Source of the DNA: Mobula hypostoma
Taxonomy: Eukaryota
Assembly: GCF_963921235.1 (NCBI RefSeq)
Contig: NC_086097.1
Coordinates: forward strand, 179,802,001-179,866,000
Direction of reading: 5' to 3'
DNA length: 64,000 nucleotides
The notes beneath the pieces were generated by a model. That model was not told the DNA's origin and ran no database searches. It saw only the letters and a list, made by a program, of their open reading frames with translations. Numbering within the stretch: position 1 is the first letter of the stretch; every line of letters starts with the position of its first letter. A program made the position numbers and the translations under genes. Of the stretch, positions 25,811 through 39,300 are shown one piece after another.

Positions 25811-26653
25811 AGCATTTATTTCCAGATGGGACAGAATTGAAAAGTCGGGAAGTCGGAGCTCAGATAGACTAGAGTTAGTTCAAAGTTAATTTATTATCAA
25901 AGTACTTATGTTAGCATATACCACATTGAGATTCATTTTCTTGCAAGCATTTTCAGGGATCAATTAATATAATAGAATTTTTTCAGAAGAAACTATACGT
26001 GGAGAGACCTACATACATAGAGAGGGATCTGAGGTGATGGCGGGGAATAGGGCAAGGAAGTGTCTGGCTACTGAGTCCTGTGTGATCTCCTGATAACTGG
26101 CTTTCAGTCTCAAATATATCAACCATCACCATCCGTCTGGCTGCACTGCACTTCCTCTGTAACTGCAACACTATTCTGTTCTCCTTTTACTACCACCATG
26201 TACTTATATATCTGTTTGGAAGGAACACAAAAACTTTTCTCTGTACCTCAGTACAGGTGATAATAATAACCCAATACCAACAGAACCATTAACCTTCGGT
26301 CCTCTCACACAGACACTTTTAGATCCATTTTGTGAGTCTTCCTTGGTTTAAATTTCTGTAACCAGCCTATCATGTGAAATCTCTCATATATTTTCATTGA
26401 CACCTGTTTCAAAATTCAACTCTTGACAAATCTATTCCCTAACGAGTGCTTTTCTAAATGGAGATTTATACCTGTCCTTCAAATGGATTTCAATCATCTG
26501 CCCCGTACTCAGGTTGAACTAATGGCCACTAATTACTTGGTTTATTGTTTCCTCCCTTTTTAAACAACAGTCTCATCTTAGCATGCATCCCACCCTCAGG
26601 CAACGATCGGAAATTTTTGCTCAAAGCTTCCGCAATTTCCTCCCTTGCTTCCG

Positions 26654-26872
26654 TGTTACCATTGTGACAGGGGCTCAAAAACACCAGACCGATGCAGGTT
26701 TAAAGGCGAAACTTGCAGAAAGTGCAACAACGACACATACAAAAAACATGTCGGGCAGACAAAAACAAATGGGCTGCACAGGGAGAGAAAAAGGTAAAAT
26801 GTCAAGTTGCAGTTTCAAAAAGGGCACTAATCTCCATGCTACTGATGAAAGATCCAGACTGATCAGTCTGTA
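26654..26872 (+). mobile_element. Isolated Ty3/Gypsy gag fragment (degenerate double zinc knuckle)
   Basis: Hand translation from 26654: CYHCDRGSKTPDRCRFKGETCRKCNN, matching the CxxC..C-x6-CxxC gag knuckle spacing. No LTR or pol nearby. Confidence 0.6.
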
Positions 26873-27319
26873 CACAAGTACATCAAGTTAGTAAAAGGAA
26901 AACAGAATGCAGAATATAGTGTTACAGTTACAGAGATAGTTATGGTTGATATATTTTTGACCTGTCCCGCCCTTTGTGAGAACATAGTTATCATTAAATC
27001 TCACGATACCTCCATCATTAAGGATCCTCACCATCTAGGACACGTCTGCTTCTCATTACTATCAATCAGGGGGAGGTACAGGAGCCTGAAGACACACACT
27101 CAACAGTTTAGGAACATTGTCTTCTCCTCCACCATCATACTTTCATCCATTTTTGTGCTAGAAAGCAGTGAGTCTGTGTGCAGCTCCGAAGGGAATCATC
27201 AAGTATTCCTATTTAGGACCACTACAGCTGAAATCCAGTCACAGCCATGGGTACTTTGGTAAGTAGCAATATTTTAAGACGTTTAGGAAAAATCCACTGC
27301 TCCTCAATTCAATTCAATA

Positions 27320-28628
27320 CTATGATAAAGTGCTTTGAAAGGTTGGTCATGGCTAGAATTAACTCCTATCTGTGTTAGGACCTGGACTGGCTGCAGTTCG
27401 CTTATCGCTACAATAGTCTACAGCGGATACAGTCTCACTGGCTGTCCACTTGGCCTTGGATCACCTGGACAATAGTAACACCCAAACCAGGCTGCTATTT
27501 ACTGATTACTGTTCAGCAGTCAACACAACCATACCCTCAGTTCTAATCACCAAGCACCAAATCCTGGGCCTCTGTACCTCCCTCTGCAACTGGATCCTTG
27601 CCCTCCTCATCAGGAGAACACAGTTAGTGCTGATCAAAAATAACATGTCTTCGCTGACAACCAACAGCGATGCACCTCAAGGATGTGTATGAGCCCAATG
27701 CTGTACTCTCTGTACACCCATGACTGTATGGCCAGGCACATTTCAAACACCATCTACAAATTTGGTGATAACACAACTATTGTTGACAGAATCTCAGATG
27801 GTGATGAGGTGGTGTACAGGAGTGAGATAGATCAGCTGGTTGAGTGATGTTCAACAAAAACACCCTACACTCAACGTCAGTAAGACCAAGGAATTGATTG
27901 TGGACTTCAGGAAGGAAAAGTTGAGAGAACATGCACCAGTTCTCATCAAGGGATCAGCTGTAGAACAAGTGAGCAGTTACAAGTTCCTGGGTGTCAATAT
28001 CTCTGAAGATCTATCCTGGTCCCACATATTGATGCACTTACAAAGAAGGGACATCAGTGGCTATATTTCAGTATGAGCTTGAGGAGATTTTGTATGCCAC
28101 AAAAGGTAAGAGCGAATTTCTACAGATGTACCATTGAGATGACAGATGTACAGATGTCCTACTGGTTTCATCACCATCTGGTATGGAGGGGCCACTGCAC
28201 AGGATCAGAAAACGCTGCAGAAGGTTGCAAACTCAGTTAGCTCCATCAGGGACATAAGCCTCCCAGTATCATGGACACCTTCAAAAGTCGATGCCTCAAA
28301 AAAGTGGCATCTATCACTAAGGAGCCCCATCACTCAGGACATGCCCTCGTCTCATTGGTACCATTGAGGAGGAGGTACAGGAGCATGAAGACACAACTCA
28401 GCATTTCAGGAGCAGTGTCTTGCCCTCAGCCATCAGATTTCTGAATGGAAAACGAGACCATGAACACTACCTCAAAACTTATTGTCTCTCCTTTTGCACT
28501 ACTTATTTAATTTATATTTTATATATATCTTATTGTAATTTATAGTTTTTTTTCTAATGCATTGTACTGCTACCATAAAACAACATAATTCATGACATAT
28601 GCCAGTGATATTAAACCAGATTCTGATT
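27320..28628 (+). mobile_element. Decayed Rex1/Babar-type LINE 3' part
   Basis: ORFs 27450..27692 (RLLFTDYCSAVNT..LCNWIL) and 27840..28076 (LNVSKTKELIVDFRK..YKFLGV); tail ccagattctgattc. Confidence 0.88.
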
Positions 28629-28769
28629 CCTCATCTCCCATTGCAGACCCTGATTCACTGTGCAGTATTTGTTCCCAGGATATTTTTTGATTTGCTGTTG
28701 AAACTCAGTCACTATTGTAATACAGGTATTGCAGCTTAAAAGCATCACTGGTGTCAGCCCAGAACTTAC

Positions 28770-28909
28770 CACCCAAAGTGCCTTGTCCTTGGGAACAGTG
28801 AGGGTTAAGAACACCTCTTGATTCCTTAAATCAAACTCTATTCTCTTTGCTGATATGACCTGGGTGCGACACCCAAAAGCATGTGGGCAGAAGAAAGCAC
28901 TGAAGGATC
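28770..28909 (-). CDS. LAMA3: LAMA3 exon (140 nt): GSFSAFFCPHAFGCRTQVISAKRIEFDLRNQEVFLTLTVPKDKALWV
   Basis: Acceptor tcctttctag|GA, donor GTG|gtaagt. Confidence 0.93.
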
Positions 28910-30045
28910 CTAGAAAGGAAACAAACACATGGTTTTTAAGGAATTTTCTGGCAACCAAAAGTAAATCCAGACTTGTTCCATTATTCTGCATCATAATTCC
29001 ATTCCCCCGCCTTCATTCCATCCCCTCCTAAAGTCTACCTCTAATAAAATTCAGCAATGCAATTTCTCATATTTTTAATTAAACCCTCAGAACTCAGATC
29101 CATATTCCCACTGCCATATGTATGATGGGAGGACTTTTCCATGTCAGCATGTCCCCATTGACCCTCATCAATTTTTATCGATGCACCATAGAAAGCATTT
29201 TATCCTGATTGGTATGGCAACAGCTCTGCCCAGGACTACAAGAAACTGCAGAGAGCTATGGACACAGAACAGCACATCGTGGAAACCACCCTCTCCTCTG
29301 TCGACTCATAAACACAACAGATTCTTCAGATGCTGGAAATCCAGAGCAATACACACAAAATGAGAAACTAATAATTCCCTCTACGTACTCTGTCTACACC
29401 TCTCACTGACTCAGTGGAAAAGCCAACACAATCAAAGACCCCACCTACCCGGACATTCTCTCTTCTTCTCCTCACACCCCTTTCCCCTTATTGGGAGGAA
29501 GATGCAAAAGCACACCACCAGGCTCAACAAAAGCTTCTATCCCACTATTAAAAGAATATTGAATAGTCCCCTAATATGATAAAATGGACTCTTGGCCTCA
29601 CAATCTAGCTAGTTGCACCTTATTATCTGCCTGCACTGCACTTTCTCTGTCACAGTAATACTTGATTCTGCATTCAGTTATTGTTTTCCATTGATGTATG
29701 GTATTATGAAATGGCCTTTGTGGATGACATGTAAAGCAAAGTTTCTCCTGTAAGATGACAATAATAAACCAATTCACTTCCAGTTGTTTGGCTCTCCTGT
29801 CTCTCTACCTCAACTAGAAAAACCTGCTTCTCTCTATCTATCCTGCTGAATTTTTTCATCACCTTGAACACCTCCATCAGATCTCCCCTTACCTTTCACA
29901 CACAGACACAACAAGACCACCATGCTCATAATTGACCAGTCAATCCCTCCTTTCTATCCTGCACGCATTGGCTGATCCTTCCTTCCTGAGGTGTGCACTT
30001 TAGAACAGATTGTACAACAGCACGGTCTGCTCATGTCTAACTCAC

Positions 30046-30172
30046 CACTGTAGGGGCCAGTTCCATCCACCGTCACCTTCACTGGGAATGTTGCATACAA
30101 AGGCTGATAAAAATGTACAAGAACCACATATTTGCCTGCGTTTGGCACTCTGGTGTTAAAGGTGATCTGATT
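30046..30172 (-). CDS. LAMA3: LAMA3 exon (127 nt): NQITFNTRVPNAGKYVVLVHFYQPLYATFPVKVTVDGTGPYS
   Basis: Acceptor cattccacag|AAT, donor G|gtgagt. Confidence 0.93.
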
Positions 30173-30661
30173 CTGTGGAATGAAAAAAAACATTTTATAT
30201 AAAAACATCTTGTGTTTCAGTTCCTGAAATGCCATAAAGTGCTCTTTCTCTTTCATTGCCTTGTGTTAATGCTTCCCTGTTTGGGCTTTGGTAGATTAGT
30301 TGGATTAGCCTGATCCACAGCTCAAGAGACGGAAGTTCAAGCCCACCTTTGCCTCTTGGGTTATAAAACTGGTCCATTAAATAAATATGGAATAGACAGC
30401 TAGTCTATAAAGTGAAGGGTCATGCCAAAGCAGATTGAGAGATCAAGAGTTCATCTTTATCACACAAGAGATCGTTTCAAGGTTGTATACCAGCAGGACA
30501 AAAGTTGTCCTTGAACAGAGTGGCAGGTGTTTTCAAACATTTGTATCTTTTGCCTAATGGGAGGCACTGTGTATAGCAGTTGGGAAGTTATATGACATTA
30601 TATAAGACGGTAATGAGTCTGCATTTGGAGTATTGTGTATAGTTTTGGTCACCCTGCTATA

Positions 30662-31763
30662 GTGTTGGTGCGTGGTCAAGTGGTTAAGGCGTTCGTCTAG
30701 TTCGGTAGGAAACTTTGTCACATGGTGTGAGCAGAATTATCTGCAGCTTAATGTGAAAAATACTAAGGAGCTGGTGGTAGACCTGAGGCGAGCTAAGGTA
30801 CCGGTGACCCCTGTCTCCATCCAGGGGGTCAGTGTGGACATGGTGGAGGATTACAAATACCTAGGGATAAGAATTGACAATAAACTGGACTGGTCAAAGA
30901 ACACTGAAGCTGTCTACAAGAAGGGTCAGAGCCGTCTCTATTTCCTGAGGAGACTGAGATCCTTTAACATCTGCCGGACGATGCTGAGGATGTTCTACGA
31001 GTCTGTGGTGGGCAGTGCTATCATGTTTGCTGTTGTGTGCTGGGGCAGCAGGCTGAGGGTAGCAGACACCAACAGAATCAACAAACTCATTCGTAAGGCC
31101 AGTGACGTTATAGGGATGGAACTGGACTCTCTCACAGTGGTGTCTGAAAAGAGGATGCTGTCTAAGTTGCATGCCATCTTGGTCAATGTCTCCCATCCAC
31201 TACATAATGTACTGGGTGGGCACAGGAGTACATTCAGCCAGAGACTCATTCCACCGAGATGCAGCACAGAGCATCATAGGAAGTCATTCCTGCCTGTGGC
31301 CATCAAACTTTACAACTCCTCCCTTGGAGGGTCAGACACCCTGAGCTGATAGGCTGGTCCTGGACTTATTTCATAATTTACTGGCATAATTTACATATTC
31401 CTATTTAACTATTTATGGTTCTATTACTATTTATTATTTATGGTGCAACTGTAACAAAAACCAATTTCCCCCGGGATCAATAAAGTATGACTATGACTAT
31501 TTGAAGGTTGCTAGTTCAAGCCTTGGCTGAGGCAGTGTGTGTGTCCTTGAGCAAGGCACTTAACCACACATTCCTCTGCGACAACACCGGTGCCAAGCTG
31601 TATGGGTCCTAATGCCCTTCTCTTGGACAACATCGGTGACGTGGAGAGGGGAGACTTGCAGCATGGGCAACTGCTGGTCTTCCATAGTACCTTGCCCAGG
31701 CCTGTGCCCTGGAAACCTTCCAAGGCGCAAATCCATGATCTCATGAGACTAACAGACGCCTAT
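30662..31763 (+). mobile_element. tRNA-derived SINE split in two (30662-30701 and 31501-31763) by a LINE insertion
   Basis: A box TGGTCAAGTGG at about 30673 and B box AGTTCAAGCC at about 31513 are separated by 800 bp of LINE. The SINE itself interrupts a CR1 fragment (tggtcaccctgctat | ..aagctagaaagag). Confidence 0.8.
30702..31500 (+). mobile_element. Young 5'-truncated Rex1/Babar-type LINE
   Basis: Uninterrupted ORF2 C-terminus to 31349 (LQLNVKNTKELVVD, YKYLG, RLYFLRRLRSF, SFLPVAIKLYN); AATAAA plus (TATGAC)n tail. Confidence 0.92.
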
Positions 31764-32456
31764 GTGAGAAAAACGTTAAGCTAGAAAGAGAGCCCAAAAG
31801 GTTTACAGATTGTTGTCTGGACTTGGGAACCTGAGTTACAAGGGGAGGTTGCACAGAGTAGAACTTTATTTCCTGGATTGAGGGGTGATCTGATAAGAGG
31901 CATATAAGGTCATGAGGGGCATAGATAAGGTTGAACCACATAGATTTTAGGTTAAAGCACACAGACAAGGTTAAAGCACATAGATAAAAACAAGAGGGCA
32001 TAGGTTTAAGATCAGACATGGAAGATTTATAAGGAACATTGGGCAGCTTCTTCACACAAAGGGTGGCACATATTTGGAATGAGCTGCTAGAAATAGTGGT
32101 TGAGATGGGCACATGAGCAATATTTGGAAGAAATCCAGTTACGTTCATGATCTGGAGAGGCTGAGAGTGCTGTAGACCAAATGCCTACAGATGGGACTAG
32201 CATACAGGGCAATGCTGTCAGCATGGAACACTACGGTGGAGGGGTCTCCATGAATCCACAACTGGAATGCATTCACAATCTTTGGCAATTTCTTGCAGCC
32301 TTGAGCAGAGCATTTGCCATGTCCGGATAGGAATCTTTCTACGATGCGTCTCTAATCATTGGTGAGTCCTGGTCACACCAGTGTTGGGATGGAAGTCAAT
32401 TAGTAAGCACTTCAGGTGAACACAAAACTAAGGACAATATCAAAACTGTTGATTAC

Positions 32457-32634
32457 CTCAGGTGATTTCAGCAAAATAATGTCTCCGGGTTCCACCATGG
32501 TGGGAGGATGCTGGGACAGGATCTGTGGATCATTGGAAGAGTGGGGTTGGAAATGATCACTGGCTATTGAAAGTTCCCCTTCCCCTACTCTCACAGCGGA
32601 CACTGGTGTTTCATACTTGGATGCAACACATGAG
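32457..32634 (-). CDS. LAMA3: LAMA3 exon (178 nt): SCVASKYETPVSAVRVG...GDIILLKSPE
   Basis: Acceptor tctcaacag|C, donor GAG|gtaatc. Split codon AG+C = Ser. Confidence 0.88.
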
Positions 32635-33309
32635 CTGTTGAGAATTGAAACATAAAGATGTTATTGTTTATAAATATAACATTACAGTATATGGAAAATC
32701 ATTATTGAACATCGAACAGTATAGTAGAGATCTGGGCCATTCAGCCCATCATGTCTGTCCTGAACATGATGTTGAATTAAAGTAAATCTCCTCTGCCTGC
32801 ACATGATCCCTGTCATTCCATTCCCTCCATATTCACGTCTGTCCAACAGCCCGTTAAACACCACTGTTGCATCTACTTCCACCACATCTCCAGACAACAC
32901 ATTCCAGTCACCCATCACTCTCTGTGTAAAAAAACTTACCCTGCACATCTCTTTTAAACTTTCCACCTTTCATTTCAAATGCATTTCCTTCAGTACTTAC
33001 ATTTCGACTGAAAAAGATTTTAACCCTACTTATCCCCCTCATAATTTTATAATCTTCTATCAGGCATCAACATGACTTCCTGACTCTCCTCAATACCCCA
33101 CCGATGAGGGCAAGCAGAGCACACATTTTCTTTGCTACTGCATCTACATGTTTTGCCAATTTCATTGACATCATAAACCCTCTGAACATCAAAGCCATTA
33201 AGGATCCTGTCATTAACTATACTTTTATACAATGCTGTGCAAGTCCGTGTTCAAAATAGGCAGACAGATTTGTCTATCAAGGTCATTACCAAAGGTACTT
33301 AGCAAGAGA

Positions 33310-36300
33310 ACCATAAGACCATAAGCCCTAGGAGCAGAATTAGACTACTGGGCTTATCAAGTCTGCTCCACCATTCCGTCATGGCTGATTCATTATCCCT
33401 CTTAAGCCCATTCTCCTGCCTTCTCCCTGTTATCTTTGATGCCCTGATTAATCAAGAACATATCATCTTCCACCTTAAATATACCCAATGACTTAGCTTG
33501 ACCGATGCCTTATAAAGCTTCGGCATTACATCCTTGCTTTTGTGTTCTCGTCTTCTCAGAACGAATGCAAACATTGCATTTGCCTTCCTTTCCACTGACT
33601 CAGCCTGCAAGCTACCCTTTAAGGAATCTTGCATGAGGACTCCCAAGTTCCTTTGCACCTCTGAGTTTTGAATTTTCTCCTCATTTACAAAATAGCTCAC
33701 ACCTTTATTCCTTCAGCCAAAGTACATGAGCATGCGCTTCCCTAGGGTCATAGAAAAGTACAGCAGAGAAACAGGCTCTTTGGCCCATCCAGTCCATGCC
33801 GAACTACTTAATGCCTACTCCCATCGACCTGCATTGGGAAAATAGCCCTCCATAGAAAGAGGCTTTGAGGAAAGAGAGCTGAATAAAGGGTGTAAAGGTA
33901 GTAAGGTAGAAAGGCTAAAATGCGTGTACTTCAATGCAAGAAGCATCAGGAACAAAGGTGATGAACTGAGAGCTTGGATACATACATGGAATTATGATGT
34001 AGTGGCCGTTACAGAGACTTGGCTGGCACCAGGGCAGGAATGGACTCTCAATATTCCTGGATTTCAGTGCTTTAAAGGGGCTGGGGGGGGGATGGGAAAG
34101 GGGAGCAGGGGTGGCATTACTGGTCAGGGATACTATTACAGCTACAGAAAGGGTGGGTAATGTAGCAGGATCCTCTTTTGAGTCAGTATGGGTGGAAGTC
34201 AGGAACAGGAAGGGAGCAGTTACTCTATTGGGAGTATTCTATAGGCCCCCTGGTAGCAGCAGAGATACCGAGGAGCAGATTGGGAGGCAGATTTTGGAAA
34301 GGCACAAAAATAACAGGGTTGTTATCATGGGTGACTTTAACTTCCCTAATATTGATTGGCACCTGATTAGTTCCAATGGTTTAGACGGGGCAGAGTTTGT
34401 TAAGTGTGTCCAGGACGGATTCCTGTCACAGTATGTTGACAGGCCGACTAGGAAGAAAGCCATACTAGATCTAGTACTAGGTAACAAACCGGGTCAGGTC
34501 ACAGATCTCTCAGTGGGAGAGCATCTGGGGGACAGTGACCACCGCTCCCTGGCCTTTAACATTATCATGGTAAAGGATAGAATCAGAGAGGCCAGGAAAT
34601 TTTTTTAAGTCGGGAAGGGTAAATTATGAGGCTATAAGGCTGGAACTTGCGGGTGTGAATTGGGATGATGTTTTTGCAGGGAAATGTACTATCGACCTGT
34701 GGTCGATGTTTAGGGATCTCTTGCAGGATGTTAGGGATAAATTTGTTCCGGTGAGGAAGATAAAGAATGGTAGGGTGAAGGAACCATGGGTGACAAGTGA
34801 GGTGGAAAATCTAGTCAGGTGGAAGAAGGCAGCATACATGAGGTTTAGGAAGCAAGGATCAGCTGGGTCTATTGAGGAATATAGGGTAGCAAGAAAGGAG
34901 CTTAAGAAGGGGCTGAGAAGAGCAAGAAGAGGGCATGAGAAGGCCTTGGCAAGTAGGGTAAAGGAAAACCCCAAGGCATTCTTCAATTACGTGAAGAACA
35001 AAAGGATGACAGGAGTGAAGGTAGGAGCAATTAGAGATAAAGGTGGGAAGATGTGCCTGGAGGCTGTGGAAGTGAGCGAGGTCCTCAATGAATACTTCTC
35101 TTCGGTATTCACCAATGAGAGGGAACTTGATGATGGTGAGGACAATATGAGTGAGGTTAATGTTATGGAGCATGTTGATATTAAGGGAGAGGAGGTGTTG
35201 GAGTTGTTAAAATACATTAGGACAGATAAGTCCCCGGGGCCTGACAGAATATTTCCCGGGCTACTCCATGAGGCAAGGGAAGAGATTGCTGAGCCTCTGG
35301 CTAGGATCTTTATGTCCTCGTTGTCCATGGGAATGGCACTGAAGGATTGGAGGGAGGCGAACGTTGTCCCCTTGTTCAAAAAAGGTAGTAGGAATAGTCC
35401 GGGTAATTATAGACCAGTGAGCCTTCTGTCTGTGGTGGGAAAGCTGTTGGAAAAGATTCTTAGAGATAGGATCTATGGGCATTTAGATAGTCATGGTCTG
35501 ATCAGGGACATTCAGCATGGCTTTGTGAAGGACAGATCGTATCTAACAAGCCTGATAGAATTCTTTGAGGTGACCAGGCATATAGATGAGGGTAGTGCAG
35601 TGGATGTGATCTACATGGATTTTAGTAAAGCATTTGACAAGGTTCCACATGGTAGGCTTATTCAGAAAGTCAGAAGGCATGGGATCCAGGGAAATTTGGC
35701 CAGGTGGATTTAGAATTGGCTTGCCTGCAGAAAGCAGAGGGTCGTGGTAGAGGGAGTACATTCGGATTGGAGGGTTGAGACTAGTGGTGCCCCACAAGGA
35801 TTGGTTCTGGGACCTCTACTTTTCCTGATTTTTATTAACGACCTGGATGTGGGGGTAGAAGGGTGGGCTGGCAAGTCTGCAGATGACACAAAGGTTGGTG
35901 ATGTTGTGGATAGTGTAGAGGATTGCTGAAGATTGCAGAGAGACATTGATAGGATGCAGAAGTGGGCTGAGAAGTGGCAGATGGAGTTCAACCCAGAGAA
36001 GTGTGAGGTGGTACACTTTGGAAGGATAAACTCCAAGGCAGAGTACAAAGTAAATAGCAGGATACTTGGTAGTGTGGAGGAGCAGAGGGATCTCGGGGTA
36101 CATGTCCACAGATCCCTGAAAGTTGCCTCACAGGTAGATAGGGTACTTAAGAAAGCTTATGGGTGTTAGCTTTCATAATTCAAGGGATAGAGTTTAAGAG
36201 TCGCGAGATAATAATGCAGCTCTAAAAAACTCTGGTTAGGCCACACTTGGAGTACTGTGTCCAGTTCTGGTCACCTCACTATAGGAAGGATGTGGAAGCA

Positions 36301-39300
36301 TTGGAAAGGGTACAGAGGATGCTGCCTGGTTTAGAGAGTATGCATTATGATCAGAGATTAAGAGAGCTAGGGCTTTACTCTTTGGAGAGAAGGAGGATGA
36401 GAGGAGACATGATAGAGGTATACAAGATATTAAGAGGAATAGCTAGAGTGGACAGCCAGCGCCTCTTCCCCAGGGCACCACTGCTCAGTACAAGAGGACA
36501 TGGCTTTAAGGTAAGGGGTGGGAAGTTCAAGGGGGATATTAGAGGAAGGTTTTTGACTCAGAAAGTGGTTGGTGCGTGGAATGCACTGCCTGAGTCAGTG
36601 GTGGAGGCAGATACACTAGTGAAATTTAAGAGACTACTGGACAGGTAAATGGAGGAATTTAAGGTGGGGTGTTATATAGGAGGCAGGGTTTAAGGGTTGG
36701 CAGAACATTGTGGGCTGAAGGGCCTGTACTGTGCTGTACTATTCTATGTTCTATATATTCCACTATATTCCATCTGCCATTTCATTGCCCATTCCCCTAA
36801 TCTGTCCAAGTCCTTCTGCAGACACCCTGCTTCCTCAACACTACCTGCCCTTCCACCTATCTTCATATTGTCCACAAACATGTCCACAATGACATAGAAT
36901 GTGAGAAGAAGCAGTCCCCTGCAGCACACCATCAGTCACTGGCAGCAGCTCTTTCCCTTCTGCCAGTCAGCCAATCTTCTATTTATGCTAATATTTTTCT
37001 TGTAATACCACAGGCTCTTACTTTGTTAAGCAGCCTCATGTGTGGCACCTTGTCAAAGGCTTTCTGAAAATCCAAATAAACAACATCCACTGACTCTCCT
37101 TTCTCTGTACTGTCTGGTATTTCCTCAAAGAATTCCAATAGATTTGTCAGTAAGATTTCCCCTTTACAAAACCATGCTGATTTTGGCCTATTTTATTATT
37201 TGCCACTAAGTACCACAAAATCGCATCCTTGATAATAGACTCCAACATCTTCCCAATCACTGAAGTCAGGCTAACCAGCCTATAATTTCCTTCCTTCTGC
37301 CTCCCATACTTACTAAGTGGCATTGGAACTCACAAGTGCCCCCTGACATTCTTGCATTCATGGAACTCAGCTCGTGTTTTCCACAGTGAAGACTGATGCA
37401 AATTACTTATTAAGTTCCTCCATCATTTCTTTATCCCCCATTACTACCTCTCCAGTGTCATTTTTCAGTGGTCCAATATCCACTCTCACCTCTCTTTCAC
37501 TCCTTGTATATTTGGAAAAACTTCTGGTATCCTCTTTTACATTATTGGCCAACTTACCTTCATATTTCATCTTTTCTCTCTTTATGGCTTTTTAGTACGG
37601 GTACTTCTTCCTATAGATGCTGCCTGGCCTGCTGCGTTCACCAGCATTTTTTGTGTGTGTTGCTTGAATGTCCAGCATCTGCAGATTTCTTCATGTCTTA
37701 GTTGCCTTCTGTTGGTTTTCAAAAGCTTCCCAATACTCTAACTTCCCACTAATTTTTACTATATTATAACCACTCTCTTTTGCTGTTATACTGTCTTTGA
37801 CCCCCTGACAGCCACGGTTGCCTCATCCTCCCTTTGGAATACTTCATCTTTGGGATGTATCTTTCCTGTGCCCCAAAACGCTAGCCATTGCCGTTCTGCC
37901 ATCACCCTTGCTAATGTCCCCTTCCAATCAAATTTGGCCAATTCTCTCAGGTCTTTGTAATTCCCTCTACCCCACTGAAATATTAATACATCTTGTTTTA
38001 GCTACTGTAGGGTCAATACTATGATTGCTGCTTTCTAAGGGTTCCTTTAGCTTAAGCTCTGTAATCAAATTTGGGTCATTACATAAGACCCAATTCAGAA
38101 TTGCAGTTCCCACGGTGCACTCAACCATAGGCTGCTCTAAAAAGCCATCACATAGGCATTCTACAACTTCCCTCTGTTGGGATCCTGCAACAACCCGTTT
38201 TTCCCAATCTACTTGAATATCGTAATCCCCCATGATTATCGCAACATTGCCTTTTTTATCTCCCATTGTAATTTGTAGCCCACATTCAAGCTATTGTTTG
38301 GAGGCCTGTATATACTCCCTGGATATGAAACCCTTGCAGTTTCATAATTCTACCCACAAGGATTTTACATCTTCCAATCCTATATCACCTCTATCTAAGG
38401 ATCTAATTTCATTTTTTACCAATAGACCCCCCCCCCACCCCATCTGCCTACCTGCTTGTCCTTTCAATATAATGTGTACCCTTGGATGTTAAGCTCCCAA
38501 CTATGAACTTCTTTCAGCTACAACTCAGTGATGCCCACAACATCATAGCTGCCGATCTGTAACTGTACTACAAGATCATCCACTTTATTCTGTATACTCA
38601 AAATATAACACCTTCAGTCCTGTATTCATCACTGTTTTTGCTTCTGGCCCCCTGTTACACTTTAACTCATCCCACTGACTGCAATTGTGTGCTATCATCT
38701 GCCTGTCCTTCTGCATAGTCTCACTACACACTGCATCTACTTGAAAACCAACTATCCCATCCTCAGCCCTATCACTCTGGTTCCCATCCCCCTGCCCAAT
38801 TAGTTTAAACCCTGCCCTACAGCTCCAGCAAACTGACCCATAAAGATATTGGTCCTCCTCAGGTTTAGACGTAACTGTTCCTTTCGTACAGGTCATACCT
38901 TCCCCAGAAGAGATCCCAATGATCCAGAAATCTGAAACACTGTCCTCTGCACCAGTTTCCTCAGGCATACATTTGTCTGCCAAATGTTCCTGTTCTTACC
39001 CTAAATGGCTCATGGCACAGTCAGCAATCTGGCAGTCCTGCCTTTCAGCTTTCTACTTAACTCCCTAAAATCTCTCCCCAGGGTCTCCTTGCCTTTTCTA
39101 CCTATGTCATTGTACCAAGACTTCTGGCTGCTCGCACTCCCTTTGAAAATGACGTAGACCTGGTCCGAGACATCCCTGACTCTGACACTTGGGAGGCAAA
39201 ATACCATCTGGGTGTCTCTATCACGTTCACAGAATCTGCCTTTGCTCCTCTAATTATGGAACACCCCCACCCCCATCACTACTGCACTCTTCTTCTCCTC

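Noticed and set aside
30662..30701. tRNA-like sequences with A/B boxes (also 6290-6347 and 40740-40800)
   Set aside because: No complete cloverleaf; each continues into a SINE body and tail.
34655..35713. 352-aa ORF as a host gene or active reverse transcriptase
   Set aside because: It is part of a CR1 ORF2 broken by frameshifts and stops, with the FADD motif changed to SADD in a separate fragment.
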